A stretch of DNA of 41,367 bases, taken from positions 1 to 41,367 of the forward strand of contig JAICQW010000001.1 of assembly GCA_025937665.1 (NCBI GenBank), read 5' to 3'. The DNA is from Nitrososphaeraceae archaeon. GTDB taxonomy: Archaea > Thermoproteota > Nitrososphaeria > Nitrososphaerales > Nitrososphaeraceae. Positions 19,176 to 29,951 of the stretch are shown here, one piece after another. Each line of letters opens with the position of its first letter. Position 1 is the first letter of the stretch. The position numbers and the translations under genes are program-made. The notes under the pieces were generated by a model. That model saw only the letters and a list, made by a program, of their open reading frames with translations. It had not been told where the DNA came from and did no database searches.

Positions 19176-19188
19176 ATGGGGCTGGTCG
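19176..19188 (-). repeat. Candidate att site: exact 13-bp copy of the tRNA-Pro 3' end
   Basis: atggggctggtcg at 19176-19188 equals 34726-34738, in the same orientation. Confidence 0.7.
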
Positions 19189-19356
19189 TTATAGTAACGC
19201 TAGCAATTCAATAAATAGACTCAGTTTTATTACAAATCACCAAGCTTTAAACTTTTGCTAAAGACAAAGCCGGTCTTCTGAATGATGACCTTTTTACCCG
19301 GAGAACAAAACTAAGGTTGCTTTAATTCTTTGAGAAATAAAATGATATGATAATAT

Positions 19357-21099
19357 ATGCCAATTGACACTGATTTCCTCGCTGATGATAGATTGATAGC
19401 AATGAATACGTCTGTCATGTTTTTTGTACTCTTAGCGATTGTTATTTTTTCATGCTTATGTGATGTAACTATTGCCCAAACGGTTTTTAGAGAGAACAAC
19501 TTTCATAGGACTGAAAGAATACCGTCAGTTGCAGATTCTAACTTAAAAGTCGAATTAGTTGTTGGTGGACTAGAAATACCTACAACTATGGCGTTTTTGG
19601 GACCTGACGACTTTATTGTACTAGAAAAGGACAAAGGCACAGTATTGCGTGTCACAAACGGAGTTATTTCGAGTAAACCATTACTCGATGTCAACGTAGC
19701 GACTTCGGTTGAAAGAGGAATGTTAGGGGTCGCAGTTTCCAAGAATGCATCTAAGACCTTTGTTTTCCTCTATTTTACCGAGATAGACGGCAAAGACTCC
19801 GATGATCGAAGAGGCTTACAACCCCAAGCAAATCGGATTTACAGATATGAGCTCGTCGGAAACGAACTGGTAAATCCTATTCTCCTTTTAGATTTACCTG
19901 CCAATCCTGGGCCGAGGCATAATGGAGGAGCAATAGAATTAGGCCCAGACAACAACTTATACATACCAATAGGTGACGTAGACGCTTCTTTTAAAGAACC
20001 TAAAATTAGGACTATGACGCAGAACTTTGAAGACGGAATTATAGCGGACGGAAGGAGTGGTATTCTTCGAATCACACAAGATGGCAAAGCAGTTGGTGAA
20101 GGAATTTTGGGAAATTCAATACCATTAAAACACTACTATGCCTATGGTATCAGGAATAGTTTTGGTGTAGGCTTTGATCCTGTGACTAACAACTTGTGGG
20201 AAACAGAAAATGGACCAGTCCATGGTGATGAAATAAACCTAGTATTTCCTGGATTTAATAGCGGATGGCATGAGATGTATGGATTTTCCTATTCTCAGCA
20301 AAAATTTGATATTAGTAAGCTGGTTACATTTGATGGTAAAGGTAAATACAGCGAACCTAAACTAGTTTGGGGCAGGACTGCGGGACTTACATCTCTAATA
20401 TTTCTCAATACGGACAAACTAGGCAATCAGTATAGAAACGATATGTTTGTGGCCGACGTCCACAATGGACGTATATATCATTTTAACTTAAACGCTGACA
20501 GGACCGAACTTGTTCTACCCGACGCGTTTGCATCAAAGTTTTTTACAAGTTACTATGCACCGGGCGTTGAGGAAATATTATTTGGTGAGGGATTTGGAGG
20601 AATCACAGATCTTACCGTAGGTCCAGATGGTTACTTATATGTAGTATCTATTGGTCAAGGTAAAGTGTTTAGAATACTGCCTAATCCGTCTCTGACTAAC
20701 AATATAGATGATCTTCAATCTGAGGGACAACAACAAAATAGACCGATTTCCAACGTGTCTGAGAGTGACAATAAGTTGTTAGTTTCAATCGTACCTCTGA
20801 AAGATACTGTTGCAAGAGGAGATTCTCAAAGCGCCACAGTAACAATCACCGATTCAGCTTCAAGAGCAGTTGTTAACGCTAAAATAAGCGGAAATTTGGT
20901 ATATCCTGGAAATAACTATGAGAAAAAATTCAGTGGTATAACGGATTCGCAGGGAAAATTTGTTTATTCCTGGATCATCGGAGAAGATGGAGACTCCGGA
21001 CCCTTAGTCATAGAAGTAAAGGCGTCAAGTCCAGCATATCCATCCACGTCCGCTGTAAGTTCTTTTGAGATTGTTGATTTTCCCAACCAATCCGAATAG
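19357..21099 (+). CDS. PQQ-dependent sugar dehydrogenase family with C-terminal Ig-like domain
   Basis: Same motifs as 10828-12135, plus a linker and beta-sandwich tail (VARGDSQ...GITDSQGKF.YSW). Confidence 0.9.
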   Translation: MPIDTDFLADDRLIAMNTSVMFFVLLAIVIFSCLCDVTIAQTVFRENNFHRTERIPSVADSNLKVELVVGGLEIPTTMAFLGPDDFIVLEKDKGTVLRVTNGVISSKPLLDVNVATSVERGMLGVAVSKNASKTFVFLYFTEIDGKDSDDRRGLQPQANRIYRYELVGNELVNPILLLDLPANPGPRHNGGAIELGPDNNLYIPIGDVDASFKEPKIRTMTQNFEDGIIADGRSGILRITQDGKAVGEGILGNSIPLKHYYAYGIRNSFGVGFDPVTNNLWETENGPVHGDEINLVFPGFNSGWHEMYGFSYSQQKFDISKLVTFDGKGKYSEPKLVWGRTAGLTSLIFLNTDKLGNQYRNDMFVADVHNGRIYHFNLNADRTELVLPDAFASKFFTSYYAPGVEEILFGEGFGGITDLTVGPDGYLYVVSIGQGKVFRILPNPSLTNNIDDLQSEGQQQNRPISNVSESDNKLLVSIVPLKDTVARGDSQSATVTITDSASRAVVNAKISGNLVYPGNNYEKKFSGITDSQGKFVYSWIIGEDGDSGPLVIEVKASSPAYPSTSAVSSFEIVDFPNQSE

Positions 21100-21230
21100 C
21101 AAATTGCACGTTCGGGTTGCGGCCATGTTAATAATTTGCTGTGATGCATCGTTATTGCGAATCCTCAAATTCATTGATGAAATTAGTAGCAACAATTAAT
21201 AGCACAACAAAAGCGTTATTTATTTCTCAA

Positions 21231-21787
21231 ATGATTAATGCAACTTCCATTGTGACAACAATTACGTTGATAATAAGCATATTCGCAATTAACTCTACTA
21301 TGCCAACTTCTTGGGGTGTCGACATGCAAGGAACACAGGGTGCTGATACTATGCAAGGAACTGCAACTGATGATGATATTAGAGGATACAATGGAGATGA
21401 TATAATAAACGATTGCAAGGTAGTGATCAAATAGAAGGACAACAAGGCAATGATTTGCTGAATGGTTCTGATGGAAACGATTACCTAACAGGTGGAGGTG
21501 GATTCGATACTTTAGACGGAGGACCGGGGAGTGATCAATTGAATGGGGAAATTGATCGAGATAGTCTATTCGGAGGAACTGAAAATGATGTGTTGTATGG
21601 TGGATTAGGAAATGATATTCTTGATGGTGGACAAGGTGATGATCGTCTGTATGGCGGACCCGGTAACGACACATTGAAAGGAGGTCCAGGTGGAGACTAC
21701 TTTAGATGCGGCTTAGGAATTGATAGGATAGGAACATTTAGCCCAGCCGACGGCGACCATGAGTTTGGTGATTGCGAGATAAAGTAA
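21231..21787 (+). pseudogene. RTX/hemolysin-type Ca-binding repeat protein with a single-base frameshift
   Basis: Signal peptide plus GGxGxDxL nonapeptides split over ORFs 21141-21434 and 21413-21787; one extra G at ~21411 (aac g[g]a ttg caa ggt) restores the frame. Confidence 0.8.
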
Positions 21788-21861
21788 CTATGACGATTAG
21801 TGTTTCCTAGACAAAATGAAAAAAATGAGGACCTGAATTCAATTACAATGATACCTGATGT

Positions 21862-22437
21862 TCATTTTATAGCCGTCTCGTTACTGCCGCTTACCTTAAT
21901 CTGCCCTCGTAACTCTCCATCAGGATGATCTGGCGTAAGAATATTGATGTATGTGCCTTCTGTTGCCATTGCTGATTGTAGATCTGTCAGCGTCTTTCCT
22001 GACAGGGATCCTTCAAAATCAGATGGACTTATCTCTCCTTGGATGATAATTCTACCTTCTGTTTCACTTTTGTTACCCGATTTTATCAGGTCGACGATTG
22101 GTTCTCCATTTTCACTCTTATTACCTATGTATATGTGAGCACCTGTAATATCTGATATACCGGTCACATTAATTTCAGATTTTATGGTGTCATCCTTGAC
22201 TTTAATTTTGACTTTGCCATCTGCCGCCGATGTTACTGGTGGGACTTCATTCTTTCCGCTCAGATTTGCTTTGAATTTTTGATCCTCTGCGTAGGTTAGG
22301 TTTGGGTTTATTGTTGAACCAAACAAAAGCGATAGGAACACTGAACTAGTTAAGACTAAAGTCAGTGTCGAACTTTTTATCATTGGGATTTTGCCGAATC
22401 TCTTTCTTATAAAAGTTTCACGTTGAGATTCTATCAA
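21862..22437 (-). CDS. CHRD-domain secreted protein
   Basis: F.ANLSGKNEVPPV, TGAHI, YINI.T.DHPDGELRGQI. Confidence 0.9.
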   Translation of the reverse strand: MIESQRETFIRKRFGKIPMIKSSTLTLVLTSSVFLSLLFGSTINPNLTYAEDQKFKANLSGKNEVPPVTSAADGKVKIKVKDDTIKSEINVTGISDITGAHIYIGNKSENGEPIVDLIKSGNKSETEGRIIIQGEISPSDFEGSLSGKTLTDLQSAMATEGTYINILTPDHPDGELRGQIKVSGSNETAIK

Positions 22438-23969
22438 GTCAATGTCGTCACGTTGTTTGTTTGATCGATCTGTGATGTGTTATTCATTTTCTCTTCTTTA
22501 TGCACATAGGGGTTTTGAACTTCAAATATTTTATTTGAGTCAACTAATTTTTCCAAATGGCTGTGATAATCCTGTACAGTGGAAATAATGTTTGTAGTAG
22601 AGGCGATATCGCCTGACTGATTAGAAGCTTTATCTGGTTCAAATACTATTCCATTTTTCGATAGCGATATTTTATTATCATATATGTTGTTATTTATGTT
22701 ATATAAAACAATTCCACTCTGAGTATCTGTAATTTTATTATCATAGATGGAATTATTTCCAGTCCCTGAAAGAAAAACTCCTATCTTGCAGTTTGAAACG
22801 GTATTGTTGTAAACTTCATTGTGATTAGATTCCCTGTTAAAGGATATGCATCTTGGCTGATCATGAACATAGTTATTTTTTGCAACTGAATTTGTTGTAT
22901 TGATACTAAAGGCAATACCTCTGGCAGCACCTGAATTATTGTAGACCTCATTTCCCTCTATTAGCAGGTTGAAACAGTGTTTGGAACAGATTATACCCGA
23001 TGCATTGTTATTGTAGACCAAATTATTTGTGATAACAAAGTCATGTGATCCGGTGTGAGGGTCTATACCATACAGATAATTGTTATGAAACGTGTTATTG
23101 TCCATAGTTATGTAAGCGGCATTTTTGGAGTAAAATCCTTTAAGTAGATGATGTATGTTACTATTCCTTATCTCGGATCCTTCGCCACCATAATATGAAA
23201 GTCCGGCGCATCTGCTGCATGAATATCCCAAATAAGCAATCTCTGAATCGGTAATATTTGTTGTTCCTGTAGCATCCTTAGAGACTCGTATGAATGCTCT
23301 GGGTTCTGCAGTATCATAATCTGACTTTGTGTGTTCTTCACCAGGTCTTTTTCCATAATCGAATTTAATAACATCATTTTTCTCGGTATCCCAAGAAGTT
23401 ATTTTTACAGAGTCAATTTTAAGAGAACCGTGAACGTGGATACCGTTTGGATTATCTCCATTATTTTTGCTAACAGTTACAGTACCATTTTCACTCTTGG
23501 TAGTATTACTATCACTATTAGAATTCGGGCCACTTTTGTTCTGAATCACAGTAAGGGTATCATCTGAATAGTTGGTGTCTTCGGATACGTTTGCCGATTT
23601 CTTTAATTGTATCGTAGGAGTTGCAGTTATCTTTAGCCAAGAAGTATCACTTGAGTCGATAATTAGGCTGCTGTCCTTTTCGATAACGATTCCAGCACTC
23701 AGAATCCATATTTTTGCATCAGTTTCACCATTATCTTTATCCATTCTCAGAACAGTTGGATCATTGAGAGTGTTATGAATATCTGTCAGATGTATAGAGT
23801 CGCACTTGATTTGAATGAGTTTTTGAGTAGAGTCATATTCTATGCATTGATTTTGCTCAGGATCCAACGTACCTTCAACGGTATTTAATGATAAATTAGC
23901 AAACCCTCCATGACTGAACAGTAGTAATGGTAAAAATAAAGTCTCAATTATCGCATTATAGTGCTTCAC
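22434..23969 (-). CDS. Right-handed parallel beta-helix protein, AlgG (mannuronan C5-epimerase)-like
   Basis: GSLKIDSVKITSWD, RAFI, DSEIAYLGY, GLSY, YGIDPH, GIICSKHC and many PbH1 repeats. Confidence 0.75.
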   Translation of the reverse strand: MKHYNAIIETLFLPLLLFSHGGFANLSLNTVEGTLDPEQNQCIEYDSTQKLIQIKCDSIHLTDIHNTLNDPTVLRMDKDNGETDAKIWILSAGIVIEKDSSLIIDSSDTSWLKITATPTIQLKKSANVSEDTNYSDDTLTVIQNKSGPNSNSDSNTTKSENGTVTVSKNNGDNPNGIHVHGSLKIDSVKITSWDTEKNDVIKFDYGKRPGEEHTKSDYDTAEPRAFIRVSKDATGTTNITDSEIAYLGYSCSRCAGLSYYGGEGSEIRNSNIHHLLKGFYSKNAAYITMDNNTFHNNYLYGIDPHTGSHDFVITNNLVYNNNASGIICSKHCFNLLIEGNEVYNNSGAARGIAFSINTTNSVAKNNYVHDQPRCISFNRESNHNEVYNNTVSNCKIGVFLSGTGNNSIYDNKITDTQSGIVLYNINNNIYDNKISLSKNGIVFEPDKASNQSGDIASTTNIISTVQDYHSHLEKLVDSNKIFEVQNPYVHKEEKMNNTSQIDQTNNVTTLT

Positions 23970-24347
23970 CGGATGTCTTTCACAAAAATCAATGCAAATA
24001 GTATTTATATTTAGTGGAGTTCAATTACATTGACTTAAATCTAAATCCTTTGTTAGATAATGTTTAATTAGAAATTGGGAGTCGTTAATCCTTGCGCTCG
24101 ATAGGGAGGGTGATTATGGTAGCGATACTTAAAGCCTAAAAGTCTAGTTTCTTATTTCTTTATGGCATATGTTTAAGATTCATGTTACTGACCGCATGCC
24201 GAAAAGCAAAATCTTGTAAAACTAAGAGATTTTGTTTCATAAAAACCAGTGAGAACAGACAATCAAAACTGTATTGTTAAGGTCAAATACCACCTCATTT
24301 GCTAAATATTTTTGTAGTATCATGTCAATATCTTAGGAAGGATAAAT

Positions 24348-24719
24348 ATGTCAGATGCTAATTACAATAAAATAAAACATCTAGTTGAAGTTGACGATGA
24401 TACTCTCGCTGTTTTTACAGTCAATTTAGAAAGTCAGAAGCAAATGGAAAATCTGTCCATAGCAACTAATGCCGATATTACAAAAGACTTTATTGACTAT
24501 TTTTTTGCTGGATTGCAAACCAACCTCAGATTTGCCAAAGAGGGTCCAGATAACAGGGCAGGTAAGTTAAAGTGGACTATTAACGAATATGAGCGAATAA
24601 GAACACTGATAATCTATGAAAAGGATAGGTTCGTGATAGTTCTAATAAAAAGTAACAAAAGTTTATCCGAAACTGTAGATAACATATTAGGATATTATTA
24701 TGAATCTACAACCTGGTGA
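24348..24719 (+). CDS. Hypothetical protein, possibly roadblock/profilin-like
   Basis: GKLKWTINEYERI..LI pattern resembles thaumarchaeal roadblock-like families. Confidence 0.55.
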   Translation: MSDANYNKIKHLVEVDDDTLAVFTVNLESQKQMENLSIATNADITKDFIDYFFAGLQTNLRFAKEGPDNRAGKLKWTINEYERIRTLIIYEKDRFVIVLIKSNKSLSETVDNILGYYYESTTW

Positions 24720-24818
24720 GGTCGATATTATGTAGCGTAATGTAATTTGAGAGTTTTTTTAGGTTATAAGATAAGTTATTTACTATCATAGATAACGGCA
24801 AAGTAAAGTGCGGCATAT

Positions 24819-26042
24819 TCATCTAGGGCTATATTCCGTAGTTTGATCCTTGCTGTATGCCTTCTTCAACCAAATGGGAGTGACCAGCGTAGTTATAGCA
24901 ACCATAATTATGACTGTAGTGTAAATGTTTGGTGACAAAGCACCAGAAGTAACTCCAATTCCCGCTACGATAAGCCCTACCTCGCCTCTTGAAATCATAC
25001 CAATACCTACTTTCATAGCTTTTGACTTACTCCTCAAAAACAGTAATGCCGGCAGCCCACATCCTAATAGTTTACTAACGATAGCGACAATAATCATTAT
25101 TGCCGAGAGAAACAATACTTCCAAATTTACTCCGGTAAGATTTACCTGCGCTCCTATTATAGCAAAGAACAATGGAGCAAATATAATCTCTAATTTGTCG
25201 ACATATTCTTCAACTCGCTTAATTAATTTTGTACTGGCTACGGCCATTCCTACAGAAAATGCTCCTACTATTGGTGACAAACCTACTATTGCTGCTATTG
25301 CTGAAGCGCCAAAAAATGAAGCAGTTACTATACCTTCGATGCTACCTCTGGCCTTCCACAATCTTTCTGCATGTAATATTCTGGGAACTACCACTATCGC
25401 GCCGATAAGTAAAGCGGCGAATATTGCTAGTATTTTTAGGATGAGAAATACAACATCAATAACGTCGGGCGACAAATTGCCTGTTTGAACCATAGATACT
25501 ACAACAGACAAGACGGCAATAGCAAGTATATCATCGACTATAGCTGCCCCCAGTATCATTTTTGCTTCTTTTGTTTGCATCTTACCCAATTCCCCCAACA
25601 CGCTAACCGAAATAGCGATACTAGTGGCCGTAAGAGCTGTCGCTATCATGATAGCCTGCAATCCCTCTAGACCAAAAATCGTAAATACATAGTAACCCAA
25701 GAAAAATGGAACAACAACACCCAACGCTCCAATCGTAAATGATGAAGCACCTCCCCGCAAGAATTCTCTTGGAGTGATGTGCAGTCCTGCTATGAATAGT
25801 ATAACTAATCCGGCTATTTCGCCTATCTGATGCACTGTTTCATTTAAGATGACAAGAGGTTTGCCATCAAATATCGGAATTGAACCCAACGCGAAAGGAC
25901 CTACAGTTATTCCCGCTATTAACTCTCCTAAAACGGCGGGAAGTTTTAATTTATTGAAAATCTCCGCAAATATTTTCGCAGCAAAAAGAAGGACCGCAAG
26001 AGAAATTAACACATGAATTATTGCTTCTTGTTCTATTGCCAT
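24819..26042 (-). CDS. Cation:proton antiporter, CPA2 (NapA/KefB-like)
   Basis: LPAVLGELIAG, ATSIAIS, AAIVDD, PLFF..IG, RGEVGL; about 12 TM helices. Confidence 0.92.
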   Translation of the reverse strand: MAIEQEAIIHVLISLAVLLFAAKIFAEIFNKLKLPAVLGELIAGITVGPFALGSIPIFDGKPLVILNETVHQIGEIAGLVILFIAGLHITPREFLRGGASSFTIGALGVVVPFFLGYYVFTIFGLEGLQAIMIATALTATSIAISVSVLGELGKMQTKEAKMILGAAIVDDILAIAVLSVVVSMVQTGNLSPDVIDVVFLILKILAIFAALLIGAIVVVPRILHAERLWKARGSIEGIVTASFFGASAIAAIVGLSPIVGAFSVGMAVASTKLIKRVEEYVDKLEIIFAPLFFAIIGAQVNLTGVNLEVLFLSAIMIIVAIVSKLLGCGLPALLFLRSKSKAMKVGIGMISRGEVGLIVAGIGVTSGALSPNIYTTVIIMVAITTLVTPIWLKKAYSKDQTTEYSPR

Positions 26043-26156
26043 TTCCGATTTTATGTAATATTACCTATGTTATAAATTTGAAACAAATTAGAGCTCATGT
26101 TATTAAAGAAATCTCATCATGATTAACTTCCGGTGTTATAGTTAACCTAAATAGTA

Positions 26157-26591
26157 TTATTTTATTAGTAGAATTGGACATGTCGAATTGTGTAGAATCT
26201 TGCTTGATACACTGCCTAGTATAATCTCCTTAACTTTTCCAATTCCTCGATTACCCATAATGATGAGATCATATTTCCCATTCTTGCAAAAATCAAGAAT
26301 TATCGAGGCGGGATTACCCTTAAGAAGAACTGTATTAACGTTCAAGTCTCTATTCCTTGCGCTCTCAGAGCATTTAGAAAGTATATTTTCACCTTGCCGC
26401 TTACAAACAGCTGATATTTCCAGCATATCGTTTAATAGTTTTTGTGATTCAATATTAGTAACAGGTATATCTTCCATGACGTGAATTGCAGTAATATTTG
26501 AACCTAATTTTTCTGAAAAAAATAATGCTGTGTCTAATGCTTTATAGGAAATTTCAGATCCATCTACAGGGACTATTATTTTTGGATACAA
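26157..26591 (-). CDS. Universal stress protein (UspA family)
   Basis: IIVPVDGS; MGNRG....ILGSVS..I....CPILLIK. Confidence 0.93.
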   Translation of the reverse strand: MYPKIIVPVDGSEISYKALDTALFFSEKLGSNITAIHVMEDIPVTNIESQKLLNDMLEISAVCKRQGENILSKCSESARNRDLNVNTVLLKGNPASIILDFCKNGKYDLIIMGNRGIGKVKEIILGSVSSKILHNSTCPILLIK

Positions 26592-26628
26592 TTAATATTT
26601 TCAATTTTCCTTTGAGTCTCAGTATATT

Positions 26629-27099
26629 CTACCTCACAATCATTACTGTGCAATTTACTCTTTCAGATACCTTCCTTGAAATGCTGCCCATTAATAACTT
26701 GGAAATCCCCTTCAGGCCTCTGCTTCCAATTACAATAATGTCTGCATGTAAATTATTGGCACACTCTATAATTTTGTCTTCGGGTCTGCCGACAGAAATT
26801 AGCATTCTAATTCGAACTGAATCATCATATCTTTGTCTTAGCTCATCCAGCCTATTTGTCATTTTATTTTGCATATCTTTTTGAAGATCTCGCATATAAC
26901 TTGACAATGTCGTAGCTTCTCCGGTCTTATAATTGCGGACTTTTCTATCAAATACTAATGTAGGAGTATTGACTTCTTCGAGAACTGTCAGTATAACTAC
27001 CTCTGAGCCCTTTATCAGTTTGGATAAATATATCGCCTTATTGACTGCAATTTCTGCCTGTTTAGAACCATCGTAGGGAACAAGGATATTCTTAAACAT
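26629..27099 (-). CDS. Universal stress protein (UspA family)
   Basis: MFKNILVPYDGS; IGSRG....LMGSIS..V....CTVMIVR. Confidence 0.93.
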   Translation of the reverse strand: MFKNILVPYDGSKQAEIAVNKAIYLSKLIKGSEVVILTVLEEVNTPTLVFDRKVRNYKTGEATTLSSYMRDLQKDMQNKMTNRLDELRQRYDDSVRIRMLISVGRPEDKIIECANNLHADIIVIGSRGLKGISKLLMGSISRKVSERVNCTVMIVR

Positions 27100-27358
27100 G
27101 GGCCCAATCACTCAGTAAAATTTTTTTCTTTGAACATATTTTAAACCAATTTTCATATTCTGACAAGCGATTTGAATAGAACTTGAGTTCAACACCCTTC
27201 TTCAAATCATAATCAAAATCATAGCTTTCGAGAGAGCCAATTGGCATATAATCGACGCTTCCTACCGTGCAAATCGGACACTTACTGTACAAAACTGAAT
27301 TGCAAAAAAAAGATGCGCACCAGTAACACGAATTGCATAAGAGGAAATATTTAGTCAA
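27092..27358 (-). CDS. Small CxxC zinc-ribbon hypothetical protein
   Basis: FLLCNSCYWCAS...CPIC motifs. Confidence 0.6.
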   Translation of the reverse strand: MTKYFLLCNSCYWCASFFCNSVLYSKCPICTVGSVDYMPIGSLESYDFDYDLKKGVELKFYSNRLSEYENWFKICSKKKILLSDWAHV

Positions 27359-27378
27359 AAAAAAATAATCAGCCTTCC

Positions 27379-27627
27379 TTAGGGTAACAGATCCAATATC
27401 ATATGTAGATCCGCTATTTCCATTTCTATCGTCCTTGCATCAAGTTCGTCACGTGCGTATTTCTTTAATATTTCACAGGCGCGAATCTCTGACAGTATTA
27501 CGTCCTTCTTGTCCTTAAAGAGCATATGATATGAGTCTGCAAAACAATATGTTACCTTTCTATTTTTCATGGATACACAAGTTTTGGCTGTAATTTCGTT
27601 CGACTCTTCAGAGTCTGTAATATTCAT
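27379..27627 (-). CDS. Hypothetical protein
   Basis: 82-aa ORF with ATG start, co-oriented with the USP cluster. Confidence 0.65.
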   Translation of the reverse strand: MNITDSEESNEITAKTCVSMKNRKVTYCFADSYHMLFKDKKDVILSEIRACEILKKYARDELDARTIEMEIADLHMILDLLP

Positions 27628-27934
27628 GTCATTACTTTCCCCTCAACTTCGAAACTGTTTCTTTGATCGAGTTCATGTAGTACAGAGGGCAAATTAACTA
27701 TATTAACGATTTGTATACAATGTATTACTTTCTAAACTTGATTCTAGGAAACAATATACCTCTTATTCATACAGTTACTATGAATGAGTATATGAATTTT
27801 ATTTATAGATTTTAAATTACGATTAATAATTCAAATTAACATCTTGTATCATGCTACCAAGGAATGATTTCATCTTGCGTTAAAAGAAATAAAAAGTAGT
27901 AGAATGTAAAGATGAAACTGATGATAAAGAAGAA

Positions 27935-28021
27935 ATGAAAAAATCTAAAATAAAAGCACTTTTGTTTTATATCGCCATAATACTTCTTGCTATCGTGCTA
28001 TTGGGACGTTTCTACAAATAA
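27935..28021 (+). CDS. Possible 28-aa single-TM peptide
   Basis: MKKSKIKALLFYIAIILLAIVLLGRFYK*; basic N-terminus plus hydrophobic helix. Confidence 0.3.
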   Translation: MKKSKIKALLFYIAIILLAIVLLGRFYK

Positions 28022-28088
28022 ATGAATTTTGTTACTGTAAGAAGTTACATCCAATTGTAGGCACGTTGGAGTTAATATTGTGAAGGTC

Positions 28089-28658
28089 TCAACTAGCAGT
28101 ACCGTTCTGAGAAGGAATAACAATTGATATTGTTGACTTGGTTGTTTTAATAGTTATATCATCATCAAAACTATCGCGATACAGAACCGACAAGAGAGCC
28201 TTTATATATAAAGACCAGTTTCCACCGAGATCGTGTCTAATCATAAAGTAATAATTGCCTTCTTTTAATTCTAAAACATGTTGCATCCATGAAACTGATA
28301 GCCAGCTACGCAATATTTTAATAAATTCCTTCTTACTATGCTCCCGTTTCATAAAGATGATAATATTTTTGAAATAGTCTTTCTCGTTTTTTTCCGCAAG
28401 GTTCACGACTTCATCTTCCGTCATTTTAGCGACAGCATTTTCCAGAAATACCTTAGTCATCGGTAATAGTCCGACTTTTCTCTCGTATTTTTCCCAAGAA
28501 ATGTGATCAGAGAAAATTCTGATTGCAAGGGAATTAACGCTAACTTTTTCGAATTCAGCATCATTTTTTAAGCTTTTAACAATAGAAAGTGGTAGTCGCA
28601 ATGTCATCGTTTCAGTTTTTTCTGGCGGTTCAGAAAGCAAATAGGTTCTATTTGTCAT
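28089..28658 (-). CDS. Putative regulator with N-terminal ribbon-helix-helix domain
   Basis: TETMTLRLP...L..DA....VSVNSL RHH signature; C-terminal HDLG.NWS.Y motif. Confidence 0.7.
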   Translation of the reverse strand: MTNRTYLLSEPPEKTETMTLRLPLSIVKSLKNDAEFEKVSVNSLAIRIFSDHISWEKYERKVGLLPMTKVFLENAVAKMTEDEVVNLAEKNEKDYFKNIIIFMKREHSKKEFIKILRSWLSVSWMQHVLELKEGNYYFMIRHDLGGNWSLYIKALLSVLYRDSFDDDITIKTTKSTISIVIPSQNGTAS

Positions 28659-29033
28659 TAAACAATCCTACCTAAAAGAATTTTGAAAAATTGGTATGAA
28701 AGTCATCATGTGAGATCCTTCATAGCAGGCAACGCCCTCAGTTGTTATAATATCCTGTATAATCTTTGCCAATTTCAAATTTTGAGGGTTCTATAACTCA
28801 ACCATATTTCGTTGGATGTGCAATTCGTTATCGGCATTGATTCAAGATAACCGTCTAAAGTAATGCTTCAAAGATCGGTACACCTCCAATCGGTACATTC
28901 CCTAATTACACGGCTTATCAAAACCTTCGTCCATTAGCAGAAAACATTATACTTTCTTTTAGAAACAAGTTTAGAAAGTAATACATTGTATTCAAATCGT
29001 TAATATAGTTAAATTAGTATAGCATACCCAAGG

Positions 29034-29906
29034 ATGTCGAAATATTATAAGGCTCCGCGTTTTCCGACTACTAGTAAGCTAAAAATTGCTGCGGCAGTTA
29101 TAACCGTAATTATAATCATAGTAGTACTAGCCGAGTCAATCGCAATTGTTGAAGCAGGCCATAGAGGTGTCGTACTTTACCTGGGGGCAGTTGAGAATAG
29201 GGTATTAGGAGAAGGCGTGCACTTCATTTTGCCTTTTGCAGAACAAGTTGTTCAGATGGAGGTAAGAACACAAAAATTCCAAGCAGAGGCAACTGCGGCA
29301 TCAAACGATTTACAAGAGGTACAGACAGTAATTGCGTTAAATTACAGAATTGATCCTCAGCTAGCGAACACGGTCTACCAAGTATTGGGTGTGAACTACG
29401 CAGACCGTGTAATATCTCCTACCATCCAAGAGTCAGTCAAAGCCAGCGTGGCAAAATTTAATGCAGAAGAACTAATTACAAAGAGAGAAACTGCGAAAAG
29501 TGTAATTGCTGATGCAATAAGAAGCACACTTGCCTCAAATAACGTTCAGGTACAGAATGTGTTTATAACGGACTTTAAATTTTCAGATGCTTTTTCTACT
29601 CAGATAGAACAAAAAGTAGTAGCATTTCAAAAATTCCTTACTGAACAAAACAATCTAAGGGCTATTGAGGTTGTTGCAAATCAAACTGTAGCTCAAGCTG
29701 AAGGAGCGGCAAGAGCAAATGCTGCCAGGGCAAGTGGTGAATCTGAAGCAATAAAGATTATCACTCTACAATTAAGAGAAAGTCCGGAATATTTACAGTG
29801 GCAGGCTATCACAAAATGGAATGGACAAATGCCCTATGCGCTCGGTAGCAGCGGAGTTCCCTTCTTCCAACTACCTTCACCCACTCTGCAAAATCAAACT
29901 AGATAG
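29034..29906 (+). CDS. SPFH/prohibitin (band 7) family protein
   Basis: TM anchor; VEAGHRGVV, EGVHF..PF, SNDLQEV, FNAEELITKR, KWNGQMP. Confidence 0.93.
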   Translation: MSKYYKAPRFPTTSKLKIAAAVITVIIIIVVLAESIAIVEAGHRGVVLYLGAVENRVLGEGVHFILPFAEQVVQMEVRTQKFQAEATAASNDLQEVQTVIALNYRIDPQLANTVYQVLGVNYADRVISPTIQESVKASVAKFNAEELITKRETAKSVIADAIRSTLASNNVQVQNVFITDFKFSDAFSTQIEQKVVAFQKFLTEQNNLRAIEVVANQTVAQAEGAARANAARASGESEAIKIITLQLRESPEYLQWQAITKWNGQMPYALGSSGVPFFQLPSPTLQNQTR

Positions 29907-29951
29907 TTCTCAGTTAAAATATCTTTTTGTCACCCAAAAATCATAAAAACC

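Noticed and set aside
1599-25488. Long antisense ORFs such as 1599-2060, 9076-9528, 21216-21674 and 24925-25488
   Set aside because: They lie opposite well-supported genes and have no motifs; they are shadow ORFs.
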